Virus record (IMG/VR): IMGVR_UViG_2663763428_000010
From: a virus
Taxonomy: Duplodnaviria > Heunggongvirae > Uroviricota > Caudoviricetes
Length of the DNA: 40,397 bases
Strand: one strand, 5' to 3'
In this document: positions 17,241 through 26,751 of the stretch, piece after piece
Numbering within the stretch: position 1 is the stretch's first letter
How the letters are laid out: the number at the start of each line of letters is the position of its first letter
Made by a program: the position numbers and the translations under genes
The notes under the pieces: model-generated
The model's input: only the letters and a program-made list of their open reading frames with translations
What the model was told of the DNA's origin: nothing
Database searches by the model: none

Positions 17241-17936
17241 ATGAATTTATTTGAGCGTTTGCCGTATCGCCGTCTTTGCAATGAGCAACCAGTCGATGGT
17301 GGAGCAGCTCCGGCTGCGTCAGAACCGTCAGCGCCTGCAGGTGATACCCCTGCTCCAGTTGGTGATCCATCACAACAGGAAGGTGATAAGACACAACCTG
17401 TTGCTGATGGCGATAAACCTGCTGATGACAAAAAGCCTGAAAGCGATAAGCAGGGTGAAAAAAAGGACGGCGATAAACCGGAGGGTGCGCCGGAGAAGTA
17501 CGAGTTTCAGGCTGCCGAAGGCGTAGAGCTGGATACAGAAGCGTTGAAGGAATTCGAGCCGGTGGCGCGAGAACTAAACCTGACCAACGAGCAAGCGCAA
17601 AAGCTGGTTGATGCTTATCCGAAGATTCTGGCAGGTGTGCAGCAGCGCCAGGCAGAAGCCTGGCAGAAAACAACCGAGCAGTGGGCTGCTGATGTAAAAG
17701 CTGACAAAGAAATCGGTGGCGACAAGTTGATTTCTAACCTTAGCGCCGCACAGCGTGCGCTTGACCAGTTCGGGACACCTGAACTCAAAGAATATCTGAA
17801 CACCACCGGGCTCGGTAATCACCCTGATCTGGTCAAAACGTTCGTGAAAATCGGAAAGGCGATGTCTGAAGATGGCATGGTCACCGGTGGTAATGAAGGC
17901 CAGCGTAGTGCGGCCGAAGTGCTCTATGGCAAATAA
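17241..17936 (+). CDS. Scaffolding protein candidate
   Basis: Acidic, Pro/Ala-rich N-terminus and helical C-terminus; located between portal and major capsid; ATG at 17241 with AGGAG RBS. Confidence 0.5.
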   Translation: MNLFERLPYRRLCNEQPVDGGAAPAASEPSAPAGDTPAPVGDPSQQEGDKTQPVADGDKPADDKKPESDKQGEKKDGDKPEGAPEKYEFQAAEGVELDTEALKEFEPVARELNLTNEQAQKLVDAYPKILAGVQQRQAEAWQKTTEQWAADVKADKEIGGDKLISNLSAAQRALDQFGTPELKEYLNTTGLGNHPDLVKTFVKIGKAMSEDGMVTGGNEGQRSAAEVLYGK

Positions 17937-17944
17937 GAGAGGAA

Positions 17945-18937
17945 ATGACAATGGCTGTTAAAGGCTTAACTGCGCTAACGCTGGCTGACTGGGGTAAGCG
18001 CGTCGATCCAAACGGGAAAGTCGATAAGATTATCGAGCTTCTCGGTCAAACTAACCCGATCCTTCAGGATATGCCTTTTGTCGAAGGGAATCTTCCTACC
18101 GGACACCGAACCACCATTCGTTCTGGTTTACCTTCAGCTACCTGGCGTTTGCTGAACTATGGCGTACAGCCAAGCAAATCAACCACAGTGCAGGTCACCG
18201 ATTCCGTTGGCATGCTGGAAACCTATGCTGAAGTCGATAAGTCACTGGCTGATCTGAACGGTAATACCGCCGAATTCCGCCTGTCTGAAGACCGCGCATT
18301 TATTGAAGCGATGAATCAGCAGATGGCGCAGACGTTGTTTTATGGTGATTCCAGCGTTAACCCTCAGCAGTTTATGGGACTGTCCTCCCGCTATTCCAGC
18401 CTGTCTGCGGGTAATGCTCAGAACATCATTGATGCTGGTGGCACGGGTACAGATAACACCTCAATCTGGTTAGTGGTGTGGGGCGAAAACACCGTGCATG
18501 GCATCTTCCCGAAAGGGCAGAAGGCTGGCATCCAGATGGAAGATAAAGGCCAGGTGACACTGGAAGATGCTAATGGCGGCAAGTACGAAGGCTATCGCAC
18601 CCATTACAAATGGGACAACGGACTTGCTCTGCGTGACTGGCGTTATGTTGTTCGCATTGCAAACATCGATGTCAGCAATCTTTCAGAACCTTCCTATGCC
18701 GCAAATATTGCGAAGTTGATGGTTAAAGCACTGCATCGCATTCCAAACCGTGGAATGGGTCGCCCGGTGTTCTACATGAACCGCACTGTAGGCCAGGCTC
18801 TTGATCTGCAATCTCTGGAGAAAACATCTCTGGCGATCAGCGTAAAAGAGACAGAAGGCGAGTGGTGGACTTCATTCCGTGGTGTACCAATCCGTGAAAC
18901 TGATGCGCTTCTGGAAACAGAAGCCCGCGTGGTGTAA
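17945..18937 (+). CDS. Major capsid protein
   Basis: 330 aa ORF after scaffold with AGAGAGGAA RBS; followed by small virion genes and a strong terminator. Confidence 0.7.
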   Translation: MTMAVKGLTALTLADWGKRVDPNGKVDKIIELLGQTNPILQDMPFVEGNLPTGHRTTIRSGLPSATWRLLNYGVQPSKSTTVQVTDSVGMLETYAEVDKSLADLNGNTAEFRLSEDRAFIEAMNQQMAQTLFYGDSSVNPQQFMGLSSRYSSLSAGNAQNIIDAGGTGTDNTSIWLVVWGENTVHGIFPKGQKAGIQMEDKGQVTLEDANGGKYEGYRTHYKWDNGLALRDWRYVVRIANIDVSNLSEPSYAANIAKLMVKALHRIPNRGMGRPVFYMNRTVGQALDLQSLEKTSLAISVKETEGEWWTSFRGVPIRETDALLETEARVV

Positions 18938-18988
18938 CGCCTGTTATTAACCTGTGGGTCGTAACAGACCCACTAATGGAGAAAGAAG

Positions 18989-19426
18989 ATGATCACCGAC
19001 AAACTGTTGATGTTCTCCGAAGCTCAGGCGGTTACGAATACCGCGGCTTCTACTGACGTAATCGATCTCGGTCCAATTGATGGAAACCGTCGCGATATCG
19101 GTGTGGGTTACCCGCTTGAGTTTTGGGTGCTGGTTAACGAAGCCGCCACGGCAAGTGGTGATGCAACTGTAAACATCCAGTTGCAGACGAGTGAGAATAA
19201 CAGCTCATGGACCACTATTTATGATAGTGGCGCACTGGCAAAGACCGCCCTGACAGCAGGTAAACGAGTTGTTTCTGCAAAGGTGCCTGCCGGTGTTCAG
19301 CGATATCTGCGTGTTAACTACTCCGTCGCAACTGGCCCACTAACGGCTGGCGAATTCACTGCTGGTATCAGTCTTGATGTTGATGCCAATACGCCGTATC
19401 CGATCCGCTCAAAAGTAACTGGTTAA
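18989..19426 (+). CDS. Hypothetical virion protein (possible capsid decoration protein)
   Basis: 145 aa ORF directly after capsid gene. Confidence 0.45.
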   Translation: MITDKLLMFSEAQAVTNTAASTDVIDLGPIDGNRRDIGVGYPLEFWVLVNEAATASGDATVNIQLQTSENNSSWTTIYDSGALAKTALTAGKRVVSAKVPAGVQRYLRVNYSVATGPLTAGEFTAGISLDVDANTPYPIRSKVTG

Positions 19427-19427
19427 G

Positions 19428-19772
19428 GTGATATCGATGTCAGGTGAGAAACCAAGATACCGCGTTCTGCGCCTCTCTCATATCCATAACACTCTGTGGC
19501 CGGAGGGGGCAGAAATCGAATACGAAGGTGAGCCTGGTAGCGCACTGGAACCTGTTAACGATGCAGCCAGACAGGCAAAAGCAAAAGTTGCAGGAAAGGT
19601 GTCAATGGCAGCAACCAGCACCAAAATCATCAACGATGTGTCAGATGATGGTGAACTGGATAAGCTCCGTGAAGAGTACGAATTGCTCTTTAACGAGAAG
19701 CCACACCATAACGCCAAAGCCGAAACGCTCCGCGAGAAGATCGCAGATAAGCGTAAAGAACTGGGCGTGTAA
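19428..19772 (+). CDS. Hypothetical protein
   Basis: 114 aa ORF; followed by terminator. Confidence 0.5.
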   Translation: MISMSGEKPRYRVLRLSHIHNTLWPEGAEIEYEGEPGSALEPVNDAARQAKAKVAGKVSMAATSTKIINDVSDDGELDKLREEYELLFNEKPHHNAKAETLREKIADKRKELGV

Positions 19773-19788
19773 GCCTCGCGAATCAGAC

Positions 19789-19810
19789 AAGGGGCTTCGG
19801 CCCCTTTATT
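19789..19810 (+). terminator. Rho-independent terminator after capsid gene block
   Basis: AAGGGGC-TTCG-GCCCCTT hairpin followed by TATT. Confidence 0.65.
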
Positions 19811-19822
19811 GCAGGAGTGTAT

Positions 19823-20146
19823 ATGGAACTCGTAAACCTCAAAACCGGCACTGACAGCTACCAGGATGAGAGCGGAGAAACCAGAACTCGCGATGAATAC
19901 CCGTGGGGGCTGTGCATCAATCTTAATAACGACACATTGAATAAGCTGAAGGCGCAACCTCAGGGCGTCGGAACAGAAGTGATGATAACTGCAAAGGCTG
20001 TTATTCGAGGCCTGTCTGCCAGAGAAACTGACGATGGTGTTAATCGCAGCGCCGATCTGCAGATCACTGATATGGCGATCGCTCATGTTTCCGGGGATGT
20101 AGAAAAATCAGCGGCTGAAACCCTGTACGGCAATGGGGGTGAGTAA
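19823..20146 (+). CDS. Hypothetical virion protein
   Basis: ATG at 19823 with GGAG RBS; track start 19817 less likely. Confidence 0.5.
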   Translation: MELVNLKTGTDSYQDESGETRTRDEYPWGLCINLNNDTLNKLKAQPQGVGTEVMITAKAVIRGLSARETDDGVNRSADLQITDMAIAHVSGDVEKSAAETLYGNGGE

Positions 20147-20751
20147 TGGCCTCTGTAGTAGAGATCTGTAATCGTGCGCTGTCCAATATTGGCAACAGCC
20201 GCAGCATTAACAGCCTGACGGAAGCCAGCAAGGAAGCGGGGGAATGTTCGCTGCACTTTGAGGCCTGCCGTGATGCTGTTCTTTCTGATTTTGACTGGAA
20301 CTTTGCTACCAAACGCGTGGCGCTTGCAGATACGAGCAATCCACCACCTGACTGGGAATATGCGTACCAGTACCCGTCCGATTGTCTGCGCATTACTGAA
20401 ATTATGCTTCCTGGTGTACGCAATCCAACAGCAGCAATGCGCGTTCAGTACGAAGTTGGTGCAGACACCAACGGAACAGGAAAGTTGATCTACACAGACC
20501 AGCCGCAGGCATGGCTCAAGTATGTCTCTCGCGTTTCAGATGTGAACATGTTTGATGCCATTTTTATGGAGGCGTTGGCCTGGCGTCTTGCGGCAGCTAT
20601 TAACATGGCGCTGACTGGGAATGCAGACCTCGGTACGTTTGCCCTCAATATGTACAATCGCGTGATTCTTAGTGCTGGCTCGCATAGCCAGAATGAATCA
20701 CAGGAACCACAGCCACCGGTTGACGAGTTTACCATTGCGAGGTTGTCCTGA
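20146..20751 (+). CDS. Tail tubular protein A-like (T7 gp11 analogue)
   Basis: 201 aa; size and position immediately before an 823 aa protein mirror the T7 gp11/gp12 pair. Confidence 0.5.
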   Translation: MASVVEICNRALSNIGNSRSINSLTEASKEAGECSLHFEACRDAVLSDFDWNFATKRVALADTSNPPPDWEYAYQYPSDCLRITEIMLPGVRNPTAAMRVQYEVGADTNGTGKLIYTDQPQAWLKYVSRVSDVNMFDAIFMEALAWRLAAAINMALTGNADLGTFALNMYNRVILSAGSHSQNESQEPQPPVDEFTIARLS

Positions 20752-23222
20752 TGGCTATCAGTTGGATCCAGCCCAGCTTTGCCGGTGGTGAGATTGGACC
20801 GTCGTTGTACGGTCGTATCGACATGGCGAAGTACCAGGTGGCATTGCGCAAGTGCGATAACTTTATCGTGCGGCAGTATGGCGGCGTTGAGAATCGACCT
20901 GGTACGCGTTTTGTCGGTGCCGCCAAATACCCAAATCGGAAATGCCGCCTGATCCCGTTCCAGTTCTCGACGGTTCAGACTTATGCTCTGGAGTTCGGAC
21001 ACCAGTACATGCGCGTTATCAAAGATGGTGCGTTGGTGCTGAACAGCAGCAATGTTATTTATGAAATTGCCACGCCATATACTGAAGCCGATCTGTTCCG
21101 AATTAAATTCACGCAAAGCGCAGACGTGCTTACGCTGGTTCACCCGGCATACCCGCCGAAAGAGTTGCGCCGCTACGCGCATGACAACTGGCAACTGGTT
21201 GATGTGGTAACGAAGAACGGGCCATTTGAAGATATCAATATTGACGAGTCAGTGACGGTTTATGCCAGCGCCAGCACCGGGACAATTACGTTAACGGCAA
21301 GCGCCTCTATTTTTGGCGCGGAGCAGGCAGGCAAATTGTTCTATCTGGAACAGCCTGCAGTGGATTCAGTGCCGGTATGGGAAACCAGTAAGAGTACGTC
21401 GATTGGCGATATTCGCCGTGCAGACAGTAATTACTATCGCGCCGTTACAGCAGGCAAAACAGGCACTTTGCGCCCTTCGCATACAGAAGGCACATCATGG
21501 GATGGCTGGGGCGGATCCGGTGATGATGATACTGGCATTGAGTGGGAGTATCTGCACAGTGGGTTTGGCATTGCCCGTATCACTGCTGTAAACGGCACTA
21601 CTGCAACTGCCGAGGTGATTTCCTATATCCCTTCGCAGGTCGTTGGCGAGGATAATGCCAGCTATAAATGGGCTAAATATGCCTGGAACAGTGTTAATGG
21701 TTATCCTGGCACTGTTGTTTATTATCAACAACGTCTTTACTTCGCCGCATCGACTGCGTTCCCTCAGACTATCTGGGCCAGCCGTACCGGGGATTATAAG
21801 GATTTTGGCAAAAGCAATCCTACGCAGGATGACGACAGAATTATCTACACCTATGCCGGGCGTCAGGTTAATGAGATCCGCCACCTGATTGATGTCGGCT
21901 CGCTGGTGGCACTGACTTCCGGAGGTGAGTACGTCATCACCGGCGACCAGAACAAAGTGTTAACCCCATCATCATTTGCATTCAGCTCTCAGGGATCAAA
22001 TGGCTCGAGCAATGTCCCACCAATTGCCGTGGCGAATATTGCTCTGTTCGTCCAGGATAAAGGCAGTGTTGTCCGTGATCTGGCCTACTCATTCGATGTT
22101 GACGGCTATCAGGGGAACGACCTGACCATCCTTGCCAATCATCTTTTTCAGAAGCACAGCATTGTTGACTGGTGCTTCTCTATTGTCCCTTACTCCAGCG
22201 CCTTCTGCATTCGTGATGACGGTAAATTACTGGTGATGACCTATTTGCGTGATCAGCAGGTTTTTGCATGGGCACCACAATCCAGTGCCGGAAAATATGA
22301 AAGCACATGCAGCATCAGCGAAGGCAATGAAGATGCAGTGTATTTCGTCGTTAACCGTACCGTTAACGGGCAAACAGTGAGATACATCGAGAGACTGTCC
22401 AGCCGTTTATTTACCAGCGATGAAGATGCTTTCTTTGTTGATTCTGGCCTTAGCTATGATGGAAGAAATACGTCTGACAGAACGATGACCATCACTGGTG
22501 GTTCTGGTGAATGGGATTACCGTGCGGAATATACAATCAGTGTTTCTGGTGGTGCGTACTTCACCGGTAGTGATGTCGGTGCGCAACTACAGTTCCCTTA
22601 TACCGGAGCTGATCCTGATACTGGCGATGAAGTGTCAAAAGAATTACGTTGCGACATTATTTCTGTAACCAGCAATACCGCTGTAGTGGTTCGTGCTAAC
22701 AGGAACGTCCCGCCATCCCTCAGGAATGTGGCCACCACGAACTGGCAGATGGCGCGCCGGACATTTGGAGGCCTGTCTCATCTTGAAGGCCAGACCGTAA
22801 ACATTCTCTCTGATGCGAACGTGGAACCACAGAAAGTGGTTTCCGGAGGTGCCGTCACGCTGGAATCTCCGGGGGCTGTAGTGCACATCGGCCTGCCAAT
22901 AACTGCTGAATTCGAAACACTGGATATCAACATTAACGGACAGGAAACGCTGCTGGACAAAAAACAGGTGATCCCGTCCGTTACTCTGGTTGTGAATGCC
23001 AGTCGCGGCATCTGGGCGACTACGCCCGGCGGTAAATGGTACGAATATCCACAGCGTGAATTCGAGTTCTATGATGATCCTGTTGATGACGCTACCGGAA
23101 AAGTAGAAGTGAAACTGGACAGTAACTGGGGCAAAAACGGACGTGTAAAAATCCGTCAGCTTGACCCGTTGCCGCTGTCTGTTCTTGCCGTTATTCCTCG
23201 CCTTACTGTTGGGGGATTCTGA
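20751..23222 (+). CDS. Tail tubular protein B-like (T7 gp12 analogue)
   Basis: 823 aa; ATGA overlap with preceding gene. Confidence 0.55.
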   Translation: MAISWIQPSFAGGEIGPSLYGRIDMAKYQVALRKCDNFIVRQYGGVENRPGTRFVGAAKYPNRKCRLIPFQFSTVQTYALEFGHQYMRVIKDGALVLNSSNVIYEIATPYTEADLFRIKFTQSADVLTLVHPAYPPKELRRYAHDNWQLVDVVTKNGPFEDINIDESVTVYASASTGTITLTASASIFGAEQAGKLFYLEQPAVDSVPVWETSKSTSIGDIRRADSNYYRAVTAGKTGTLRPSHTEGTSWDGWGGSGDDDTGIEWEYLHSGFGIARITAVNGTTATAEVISYIPSQVVGEDNASYKWAKYAWNSVNGYPGTVVYYQQRLYFAASTAFPQTIWASRTGDYKDFGKSNPTQDDDRIIYTYAGRQVNEIRHLIDVGSLVALTSGGEYVITGDQNKVLTPSSFAFSSQGSNGSSNVPPIAVANIALFVQDKGSVVRDLAYSFDVDGYQGNDLTILANHLFQKHSIVDWCFSIVPYSSAFCIRDDGKLLVMTYLRDQQVFAWAPQSSAGKYESTCSISEGNEDAVYFVVNRTVNGQTVRYIERLSSRLFTSDEDAFFVDSGLSYDGRNTSDRTMTITGGSGEWDYRAEYTISVSGGAYFTGSDVGAQLQFPYTGADPDTGDEVSKELRCDIISVTSNTAVVVRANRNVPPSLRNVATTNWQMARRTFGGLSHLEGQTVNILSDANVEPQKVVSGGAVTLESPGAVVHIGLPITAEFETLDININGQETLLDKKQVIPSVTLVVNASRGIWATTPGGKWYEYPQREFEFYDDPVDDATGKVEVKLDSNWGKNGRVKIRQLDPLPLSVLAVIPRLTVGGF

Positions 23223-23686
23223 TGATCGATGTTCAAATTATTCCCGCTACCGAAGAGCATCTTCAGATGATTTTGCCGGATGTTCGTCAGGCTGATATTG
23301 ACGAACTGTATGCGGTATCGCTGATGACTACCGAAGATGCGCTGCGTGTTGGTCTTCGCACTGCGACTATGGCCTGGTCAGGATTTGCGAACGGAGAACT
23401 GGTAACCATGTTTGGCGTATCTCCGGCGTCAATGATCGGTGGCAATGGTACGCCCTGGCTGGTAGGAACCAGCCGTATTGAAAAATATCAGAAGACATTT
23501 CTTCGCCACTGCCGCCCTGTATTGCAGCAGATGCTGGCAGTTTATCCGCGCCTGGAAAACTACGTCGACGAGCGAAACCATGTTGCCAAAGCATGGCTGC
23601 ACTGGCTTGGATTCAGGCTTGAAGAAGCCGCGCCTTATGGTGCTCTTGGTCTTAATTTCCACAGATTTCACATGGAGAGAAAATAA
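23222..23686 (+). CDS. Internal virion protein candidate
   Basis: 154 aa; position after tail tubular genes. Confidence 0.4.
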   Translation: MIDVQIIPATEEHLQMILPDVRQADIDELYAVSLMTTEDALRVGLRTATMAWSGFANGELVTMFGVSPASMIGGNGTPWLVGTSRIEKYQKTFLRHCRPVLQQMLAVYPRLENYVDERNHVAKAWLHWLGFRLEEAAPYGALGLNFHRFHMERK

Positions 23687-24225
23687 TGTGTAACCCAGCC
23701 ATCGCTTTGGTTGCCGTCACAGTGGCATCCACAGCAGCGTCAATGTACAGCCAGAGCAAGCAGGCAAAATACCAGTCAGCCATAGCAGATCGGAATGCTG
23801 AAATTGCTGAAGCTCAGGCACAGGATTCAATCAATCGTGGGAATATTGAAGCGGATCAGCGTCGTCGTGAAATGCGTCAACGCTCAGGCACTGCGGCGGC
23901 TACTATGGGGGCTACCGGTGCGGAATTAAGTAGCGGAACAGCTCTTGACGTTTTTGCGGATAATGCTCAGTTCGGCACTCTTGATGCGTTAACGACAGTG
24001 AATAATGCTCAGCGTGAGGCATATGGGTATCAGGTTCAGGGAATGAATGCTCAGGCACAGGGGGCTGCTGCTCAGTCGGCTGCTAAATCATCGATGACCA
24101 GCACTTTGTTAACGGCACCACTAAAAGCATACGGTGCATACCAGATGGGCGGCGGAACGTGGAGCCCGTTCTCTCAGAAGGCTGCGCCGATTTCTGCTGC
24201 TGTTGGCACTCCAACCGGTCGATAA
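23686..24225 (+). CDS. Internal virion protein candidate (Ala/Gln-rich)
   Basis: 179 aa; low-complexity helical protein in the ejection-protein block. Confidence 0.4.
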   Translation: MCNPAIALVAVTVASTAASMYSQSKQAKYQSAIADRNAEIAEAQAQDSINRGNIEADQRRREMRQRSGTAAATMGATGAELSSGTALDVFADNAQFGTLDALTTVNNAQREAYGYQVQGMNAQAQGAAAQSAAKSSMTSTLLTAPLKAYGAYQMGGGTWSPFSQKAAPISAAVGTPTGR

Positions 24226-24237
24226 GGGGATAATAAG

Positions 24238-26751
24238 ATGCCAGTTGTACCAACAACATCGGGCCGTCAGGTTCAGAGCAGAGGGATTTCGACGCAGGGA
24301 TTCTCATCGTTTCAGACACCAAATGTCGGTGATGTACTTGGCGATGTTGCAGAGCAATATGCAGGTATTATTGCGCAGGCAAAACAGCGTGCGAATGTTG
24401 CTATGGCTCAGGATGCTTCTCTTAGCTTAAGCCAGATAAGCAGCGATCTGCTGAATAACCCTGAAACAGGTTTGCTTAACCTGAAAGGGAAAAATGCTAT
24501 TGGAAAAGGTCAGGAGTATACGCAGCAGTTTGATGCTCAGATCGAACAACTGGCTATGTCGCTGCCGGATGAACAGGCTCGTAATGCTTTCATGCAGCAG
24601 GCGCAGCAGCAGCGTATTCAGTTCACTACGCAGGCCGGGCGGCACGAGATAGGGCAAATAAATGCCTACGAAGAAGGCCAGTTTCAGGCGACGCTGCTGA
24701 ACAATGGTAAAAATGCCGCAGCATTGTATGGCGACAACGCCGCATACGTATTGGCTAATAAGCAAACTTTCCAGCAAATTGAGGATTACGGCATTGCGCA
24801 TGGCTGGAGCGACGAGCAAATACAGGCCAAGAAAATCGAGTTTAAAGAGAAGGTTGCTGATGCCGCATTGTCCCAGTGGTCGGCAAACAATGCGACCGCA
24901 TTCATCCAAAGTAATGGTGAGTTAAGTGATACTGCTGCTGGATCTCGCCGTGCTGTAGCAGATAGTGGCTATTCCGATCGTGCTCGAGGTATACGCAACA
25001 ATAACCCCGGCAATCTTGAATACAGCAAAACTAATCCGTGGGTAGGCCAGACCGGTGATGATGGCCGATTTGCTAAATTTGAAACGCCTGAACACGGGAT
25101 TCGTGCATTAGGGCGAAACCTGATGTCGTATCAGCGGCAGGGTATTGATACCGTCAACGAGATAATTAATCGCTGGGCACCGCCTACTGATAAAAATGAC
25201 ACAATGTCGTATATCAAAGCCGTGTGCGAACAACTTGGCGTTTCTGCTGATGAGCCTCTCGATGCATCTAATCCGGATACCCTGAAGGCGCTTTGTGCAG
25301 CCATTATCCATCATGAGAACGGTAGCCAGCCATACAGTGATCAGCAGTTAACTGCTGGTGTCAACGCAGCACTTGGTTTATCAACAATTCCAACCAACAC
25401 CAAACGCTATACCGGTAATGCAGCATTCGATGCGGCATCTCCTGAGGCTCAGGCAAGTTTTATGCGGCAGGCGGATCAACTGCGTCGGCAGCAGCAGGCT
25501 GAATATAAAACGATGATTGACAGCCAGGTTCGCGATGCGACGGCTGCGTATATGCGTGGCGTTGAATTTCCTAACCCACCAGGTGAGGCTGATTTTATTG
25601 CAGCTTATGGCGTCAGAGAAGGAAACCTGCGATATACCGAGTTCAGAAATACGCAGATCGCTGGACAGTATATAGGCTCTTTCCGCAACATGCCGACAAG
25701 CAGCATTACAGCATATGTTGAGCAATTACGCCCGGATACTGGTGATACAGGGGAGGGGTATGCGGCACGCGCAGCTCTTTATGACAACGTTGTTTCTGCT
25801 GCAAATCAGGTGATAAAGCAGCGGCAGTCGGATCCTGTGCAGTTCTCTCTTTCCTCCGGACAGGCAAAGCCTATCGACATGAGCAATAAGGATAACTTTG
25901 GACAGAGCGTTGCCTTGCGTGCCGCTCAGGTCAGTGACCTTGCTAAGTCATATGGCACTCCACTGACGTTCTTTTCCAAAGACGAGGCCAATCAGATCGG
26001 TGTTTTCTTTCGTGATGCTCCAGTTTCCCAACAGGCAGCATATCTCGATACCATCAGGCAGAGCACTGGTGGTGGGCAGGTGTATATGTCAGCACTACAG
26101 CAGATCAGTGCCAACGCTCCATCTGCTGCCGTTGCCGGGATACTGATGGACAAGCCTGGTGGTATTTTGGCAGAAAAAAACTGGTTTAATCCGGATGTTT
26201 CCGTGTCTCCTGAAACCGCTGCGCAGACAATTCTTGCTGGCGCGGCGGCTCGTAAAGGTACTGATGATGCGAAAGGTATTCCGATGCCTAAAGATGCTGA
26301 TCTTCGCCTTGAGTTTTCTGACATGGTGAAGGATGCATTTGCTGGTGATGCTCAGGGGGCATCAATGGCATACGAGATCGCAAAGGACTATTACGCTGGT
26401 GTGATGGCGAAAAAAGGCGTGGTATCAGGCGAAATTGACACTGATATCTGGAAACAGGCTGTTAACGTAGCTACAGGTGGCGTGCATGACTATAACGGAA
26501 TGGGGAATGTCCTTTTGCCGTGGGGAATGTCTGCAGAGCAATTCGATAAGCAGGTTAATCAGGCTTGGAATGAACAAGTTGTCGGCACCGGGATAAAAAC
26601 ACCGCCTGGTCAGTATGGTTTGCAAAGTTACGGCGATAGTCAGTACCTGGTGAAACTTGGTACTGGTTATCTGCTGAAAGATGATGGTTCTCCTGTTGTT
26701 CTTGATCTGACACAGAAGCGTCAGAGATTCTCCGGAGATATTCCGCAATGA
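24238..26751 (+). CDS. Internal virion / ejection protein (large)
   Basis: 837 aa; part of three consecutive large proteins typical of podovirus core/ejection proteins. Confidence 0.55.
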   Translation: MPVVPTTSGRQVQSRGISTQGFSSFQTPNVGDVLGDVAEQYAGIIAQAKQRANVAMAQDASLSLSQISSDLLNNPETGLLNLKGKNAIGKGQEYTQQFDAQIEQLAMSLPDEQARNAFMQQAQQQRIQFTTQAGRHEIGQINAYEEGQFQATLLNNGKNAAALYGDNAAYVLANKQTFQQIEDYGIAHGWSDEQIQAKKIEFKEKVADAALSQWSANNATAFIQSNGELSDTAAGSRRAVADSGYSDRARGIRNNNPGNLEYSKTNPWVGQTGDDGRFAKFETPEHGIRALGRNLMSYQRQGIDTVNEIINRWAPPTDKNDTMSYIKAVCEQLGVSADEPLDASNPDTLKALCAAIIHHENGSQPYSDQQLTAGVNAALGLSTIPTNTKRYTGNAAFDAASPEAQASFMRQADQLRRQQQAEYKTMIDSQVRDATAAYMRGVEFPNPPGEADFIAAYGVREGNLRYTEFRNTQIAGQYIGSFRNMPTSSITAYVEQLRPDTGDTGEGYAARAALYDNVVSAANQVIKQRQSDPVQFSLSSGQAKPIDMSNKDNFGQSVALRAAQVSDLAKSYGTPLTFFSKDEANQIGVFFRDAPVSQQAAYLDTIRQSTGGGQVYMSALQQISANAPSAAVAGILMDKPGGILAEKNWFNPDVSVSPETAAQTILAGAAARKGTDDAKGIPMPKDADLRLEFSDMVKDAFAGDAQGASMAYEIAKDYYAGVMAKKGVVSGEIDTDIWKQAVNVATGGVHDYNGMGNVLLPWGMSAEQFDKQVNQAWNEQVVGTGIKTPPGQYGLQSYGDSQYLVKLGTGYLLKDDGSPVVLDLTQKRQRFSGDIPQ

